Shown one piece after another: positions 28,233 through 32,000 of a DNA stretch of 32,000 nt. The stretch covers positions 60,001 through 92,000 of the forward strand of contig NZ_AP013028.1 of NCBI RefSeq assembly GCF_000829315.1, given 5' to 3'. The DNA is from Wolbachia endosymbiont of Cimex lectularius. GTDB lineage: Bacteria > Pseudomonadota > Alphaproteobacteria > Rickettsiales > Anaplasmataceae. The notes below the pieces were generated by a model. The model had not been told where the DNA came from. It searched no databases and was given only the letters and a program-made list of their open reading frames with translations. Each line of letters starts with the position of its first letter. Within the stretch, counting starts at the first letter, position 1. A program made the translations under genes and the position numbers.

Positions 28233-28944
28233 AGATTATCGTTTTCATTGTTTTTACTACGCTGTGTAAGCCGTAAAATATAGCTTCGCTGATTAAAGAG
28301 TGGCCTATATTGAGAGCTGAGATGTGAGGTATTTCTTTTATTCTTTTAGCGTGTGTATAGGTTATGCCATGTCCTGCGTGGCATTCTATTCCTAGTTTAT
28401 TGATATATTCTGCAGCATTGGTAATTGATTGTAATTTTTCCTCTGATGGATTATCGCAGTAATCTCCTGTATGAATTTCTATTATGTCAGGCTTTCTTTC
28501 TAGCTTCTCAAGATATTTTAGTTGATCGATATTTGGATTGATAAACAGTGAAACCTTTATACCAATGCCATGCATCTCCTCTATTATACTAGAGAGTTTG
28601 CTGTACATGTTAATTATATCCAAGCCACCTTCTGTTGTTAATTCTTCTCTTTTTTCTGGTACTATATTAATCGAATAGGGTTTTACCTTTTTTATTATTC
28701 CAAGCATTTCTTCTGTAGCTGCAATTTCAAGATTTAGCTCAGTTTCGATGTTTTTTTTCAGGTTAAACACATCTTCATCTTTAATATGTCTTCTGTCTTC
28801 TCGTAAGTGTACGGTAATAAAATCTGCTCCTGCATCAATAGCTATTTTTGCTGCTTTCAATGGATCTGGGTAAGAAGTTCCGCGTGCGTTGCGGAGGGTT
28901 GCAACGTGATCGATGTTAACACCTAGTTTCATAATCCACCTCAA
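28225..28944 (-). CDS. pdxJ: Pyridoxine 5'-phosphate synthase
   Basis: [53 protein letters not shown]...[39 protein letters not shown]. Confidence 0.97.
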   Translation of the reverse strand: MRWIMKLGVNIDHVATLRNARGTSYPDPLKAAKIAIDAGADFITVHLREDRRHIKDEDVFNLKKNIETELNLEIAATEEMLGIIKKVKPYSINIVPEKREELTTEGGLDIINMYSKLSSIIEEMHGIGIKVSLFINPNIDQLKYLEKLERKPDIIEIHTGDYCDNPSEEKLQSITNAAEYINKLGIECHAGHGITYTHAKRIKEIPHISALNIGHSLISEAIFYGLHSVVKTMKTIISN

Positions 28945-29079
28945 AGATTGTTTATAAATTATACATGTTATTAGGTCTTTTGCACAGTCATTTTTTGACT
29001 AGCAATACACCCTTTGGCATGCACGAACATTGTTGATTTGAGCCTACCAAGAGGATGTCATATAAGTAGCCCTTTCTCC

Positions 29080-29215
29080 TGTCATACAAGTAGCTGACAC
29101 TGGAATCTAGGATACTACTTTAGTAATAAATATTTAAGAAATTTACCGGGTGAGAAAACAAGCAAAGAAGTTCCGTGGTGGCTGGTTATTTATGTTTGCT
29201 TCAAAATATATTGGT
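29080..29215 (-). repeat. Dispersed intergenic repeat, family 1 copy
   Basis: GTAGCTGACACTGGAATCTAGGATACTACTTTAGTAATAAATATTTAAGAAATTTACCGGGTGAGAAAACAAGCAAAGAAGTTCCGTGGTGGCTGGTTATTTATG. Confidence 0.8.
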
Positions 29216-29229
29216 AGCTAAGCGGTTAA

Positions 29230-30161
29230 CTCGTGACTTCCTCTTTGAGTTATGTAATTTCAGCTTTAGGAAGACCAGTAGATTCAACTATCAACTCAAC
29301 AGACACGCCAACTTTAAGTAGGTTTTTTGCACAGCTATTTTAGCCTGTTTTTCGCCTTCCGCTCTTCCTTTTTTATGGCCGATTTGGATGCCTTCTTGTC
29401 TGCCCTTTCTTCTCCAACCTTAACACCCTCATCAAATTTCTGAGCGAAAGCAGCTATCTCATCCATTAGACGTTTTTTCCTTTGCTCATATGCTAGTAAT
29501 TCTTCTTCCGACCAATTAAACTTATTCATCTCTTCATAAGCTCGTTTTATTATTACGTCACTACCAACTATTTTATCTAGGTCTTCTTCCCTTGTTTCTG
29601 CTGCATATCGAAAAAAATAACACCATTTTTCTACTACATTTTCTAGTTGATCTTCTTTCGTTTTCGTAAATTTTGGTAGTTCAATAAATACGAAATAGAA
29701 GTCCTTCAAGTCATGTTCATTAGTATTCTCATCACGAATAGTATAATTTGATTTGTACTCAGCCTTGTCTGGAAAAATAATGCAATCGGCAACAGCTATA
29801 AAGATAATTTCCTTGAGGTTATGATACTCATCGCCTTGATCAGCTTGACTTGAGTAGGCTTTAGCGGCATAATATTGAGCACGCTTTTCGAAGCCTCTGG
29901 TCTTAGTAAATTGCATTTCTATAATATATCTGGAGCCTTGAGAGTCCTTACAAAGAACATCGACAATACTCTGCTTTTTAGCGGCAATTTCAGGGTCCAA
30001 AATGGTAGCTAAAAATTCAACGTCCTGAATTGTAGCTAAGCCAGTAAAGCCTAAAATATCATTTAAGAAATGAATAAGAATATCTTTATTCTTTTCAGTA
30101 CCAAATATTCTTTTAAAGGCATAATCATTGCACGCGTCAAGAAATTTTGAAAAAGCCATAA
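29230..30161 (-). pseudogene. Rpn/PD-(D/E)XK family copy C, 3' end degraded
   Basis: ORF MAFSKFLDACNDYAFKRIFGTEKNKDILIHFLNDILGFTGLATIQDVEF... ends at 29335 with a divergent tail; the lost C-terminus is still visible downstream on the minus strand (GLPKAEIT*LKEEVTS*). Confidence 0.75.
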
Positions 30162-30180
30162 GAAAAACCTTAAAAAGCAT

Positions 30181-30345
30181 TAAAATTATACACTATTTCT
30201 TACAAATATTCAATCTTTTTATTTCGGATATATTGGCCTACGAACCCAAGCCTCATCTTGAATTGCAATTATATTAAAAAATTTACCAAGCGAGAAAAAA
30301 AGCAAAAGAAGCCCCGAGTGGCGAATTTTGAGTCAAAAATACTCT
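30181..30345 (-). repeat. Conserved 5' module upstream of Rpn-family copy C
   Basis: Reverse complement reads GGGGCTTCTTTTGCTTTTTTTCTCGCTTGGTAAATTTTTTAATATAATTGCAATTCAAGATGAGGCTTGGGTTCGTAGGCCAATATATCCGAAATAAAAAGATTGAATATTTGTAAG. Confidence 0.85.
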
Positions 30346-30556
30346 TGCTACCATAATAATGAAATTGTTGGAATTTGTCAAGTAGTTTTTTTTGTTTCTA
30401 TTGGATAACGCTATGGCTTTTTTCCATTTTCGTCTGTCCGCTTTCTGTGTAGCGAGGATTGGTATTAGTTCAAGAACTATGTAAAAAGTCCAATATAATT
30501 ACCGTAATAGTAAAAGTATGAATAAGAGTGTGCCAGTAAACTCCGCTTGAGAGAAA

Positions 30557-31363
30557 TTATTTTCTAGATTTGTGAGTTGCTTTGAAAGGTGACTTTTTGC
30601 GCTGCCTTGGGTAAGATGAACGATGATGGATTAAACGTAAGAATAGTGTAGAAATAACAGGTTTGATGAGTGGCTTTATATTATCATTAAAAATCCATAT
30701 CCATACGCTAAATGCAGAACTTAGAAGCCCAGTTAGTATAGATACCGTGTTTGGCTCTTTGGTCAACATCCAAAACAGCCAAATAATGGATAAAGATACA
30801 GAGAAGAGAGGGAAATGCTTCAATGCTGCCGTCCACTCACCAGGTTTTGGTAAAAATTCAAGTGTGTTAGGAAAAAATGATACAATGAAGTATGGAAGTG
30901 CAATGCCTAAGCCAAGAAATAAGAAAATGCTAATAGAAATAAGTATTGATGACTGAGTAAGAGCAAAACCTATGGCAGGTGCCATAAAAGGTGTGATACA
31001 GGGAATTATAGCCAATGTTAAAAACATTCCACCGAAAAAACTGCTATTAGCTTTATCTGAACGAGAAAATATGAGAGAAATATCAGACAAGCTACAAAGA
31101 AAACATAAGCCTATTACAAACATTACATATAGTAATATTAGTACCAAAACAAGAGACTGTATATGAAAACCCAAGTCCATTGCATAACCTATGTTACGTA
31201 ATGCTAATAGCATTAAGGACAATATCAACATGCTAGTCAATACTCCAAGAGTGTAGGCTATGCCATTTAACTTCAGTTTAAATGAGTTACTAGGGCCATT
31301 GATTATTGCTGCTGCTTTTAAAGAAAGAACAGGAAAAACACAAGGCATAAAGTTAAGTACCAC
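30557..31363 (-). CDS. DsbD/CcdA-type transmembrane thiol-disulfide interchange protein (homology extends slightly upstream; true start unclear)
   Basis: LNFMPCVFPVLSLKAAAII...GGMFLTLAIIPCITPFMAPAIGFAL...IFLFLGLGIALPYFIVSFFPNTLEFLPKPGEWTAALKHF; in-frame upstream residues IVGFLINSAYAFIGGVV extend the first TM. Confidence 0.85.
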   Translation of the reverse strand: MVLNFMPCVFPVLSLKAAAIINGPSNSFKLKLNGIAYTLGVLTSMLILSLMLLALRNIGYAMDLGFHIQSLVLVLILLYVMFVIGLCFLCSLSDISLIFSRSDKANSSFFGGMFLTLAIIPCITPFMAPAIGFALTQSSILISISIFLFLGLGIALPYFIVSFFPNTLEFLPKPGEWTAALKHFPLFSVSLSIIWLFWMLTKEPNTVSILTGLLSSAFSVWIWIFNDNIKPLIKPVISTLFLRLIHHRSSYPRQRKKSPFKATHKSRK

Positions 31364-31507
31364 ACCACCGATAAACGCGTATGCTGAATTTATTAGAAAC
31401 CCTACGATTTTACATATAATTAAAACTATAATACAGTTTGAAGTAAAAGAATCTACTTAAATAGTCAATTGACTTTTTGTGCTGGTATGTTAGAAATTTT
31501 ATACTTT

Positions 31508-31574
31508 GTGGGCGTAGCTCAGTTGGTAGAGTGTCAGTTTGTGGTCGCCAATTTGATCCTGGTCACTTGTTCCA
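31508..31574 (+). pseudogene. Degenerate tRNA-like sequence, probably tRNA-His(GTG) remnant
   Basis: GTGGGCGTAGCTCAGTTGGTAGAGTGTCAGTTTGTGG-TCGCCAATTTGATCCTGGTCACTTGTTCCA: intact D-arm and T-arm-like sequence plus CCA, but 67 nt long, with the 3' side of the anticodon stem missing and a poorly pairing acceptor stem. Confidence 0.5.
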
Positions 31575-31860
31575 CTAAAATTTTTAGCCCTACAGAAATA
31601 TAAGCGTGAGCATGCTTTATACATACTCACTTAGTGTATCTGTTTAGGGGGCATGGCTAATGTACAAATATTGAAGCTAAAGTGGCGTCATGTAAGTAGC
31701 TGACACTGGAACTTAGTTTTTCTTATGATTTCATCAAAACATTATATTTTAGCATAAAATGGCCTCTTATGCCTACCGGAACTCATTCTTTGGTATGCTT
31801 TTCTGCTTTACTAATAGGATATTTTCGGATATAATTGGATATAATTAGATAAAAATACGG

Positions 31861-32000
31861 ATATGTTTGACATTTCAAAAATTGTAATAACATCTGAAAT
31901 GCTGAAATTAGTTGCTGAAATTGATGAATTTAAAGGAGCATGGCAATTATTTGGTAGTTTAGCTCCAGAGCGTTTACAAATGCTCAAGAAAATTGCAACA
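31861..32000 (+). CDS. Fic/Doc-family protein, N-terminal fragment (runs off right edge)
   Basis: MFDISKIVITSEMLKLVAEIDEFKGAWQLFGSLAPERLQMLKKIAT resembles the N-terminal helices of Fic-family proteins (ITxEML-LI-EIDEFKG-W...LAPERL--L-KIA). Confidence 0.6.

Overview
The window looks like a Wolbachia-type (Rickettsiales) chromosome segment: AT-rich, with many degraded genes and dispersed intergenic repeats. The species-level call is inferred from gene content and was not searched. Housekeeping genes recognised: clpB (5' part, minus), guaB, secD, a dicarboxylate/cation symporter, pyrE, a stand-alone virB9-like gene, dksA, ccmB, rlmE, a popZ-like gene, a tolC-like gene, rplM, rpsI, an HU/IHF gene, pdxJ and a dsbD-like gene. 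Accessory content is richer. (1) A DnaJ protein carries about 29 tandem 21-bp/7-aa [S/L]RRQDEE repeats, duplicated ankyrin blocks and a C-terminal membrane module. (2) An ankyrin protein has a true EPIYA motif plus several EPIYA-like tyrosine motifs. (3) A helicase-like locus is split across two frames (20600-21964 and 18480-20591), with predicted membrane segments inside or next to the helicase core. An IS5-type element with 19-bp inverted repeats and a 3-bp TTA duplication truncates its 3' end; in silico excision restores 36 codons. (4) Three Rpn/PD-(D/E)XK-family copies share a conserved upstream module of about 150 bp, and one copy is decaying. (5) A leucine-rich-repeat gene is split by frameshifts. 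(6) A Bcr/CflA transporter has an in-frame nonsense codon. (7) There are at least two dispersed intergenic repeat families, a degenerate tRNA-His-like sequence, and the start of a Fic-like gene at the right edge. The split helicase-membrane locus and the two effector-like genes are the best candidates for undescribed biology. I did not find a clearly new multi-gene system.
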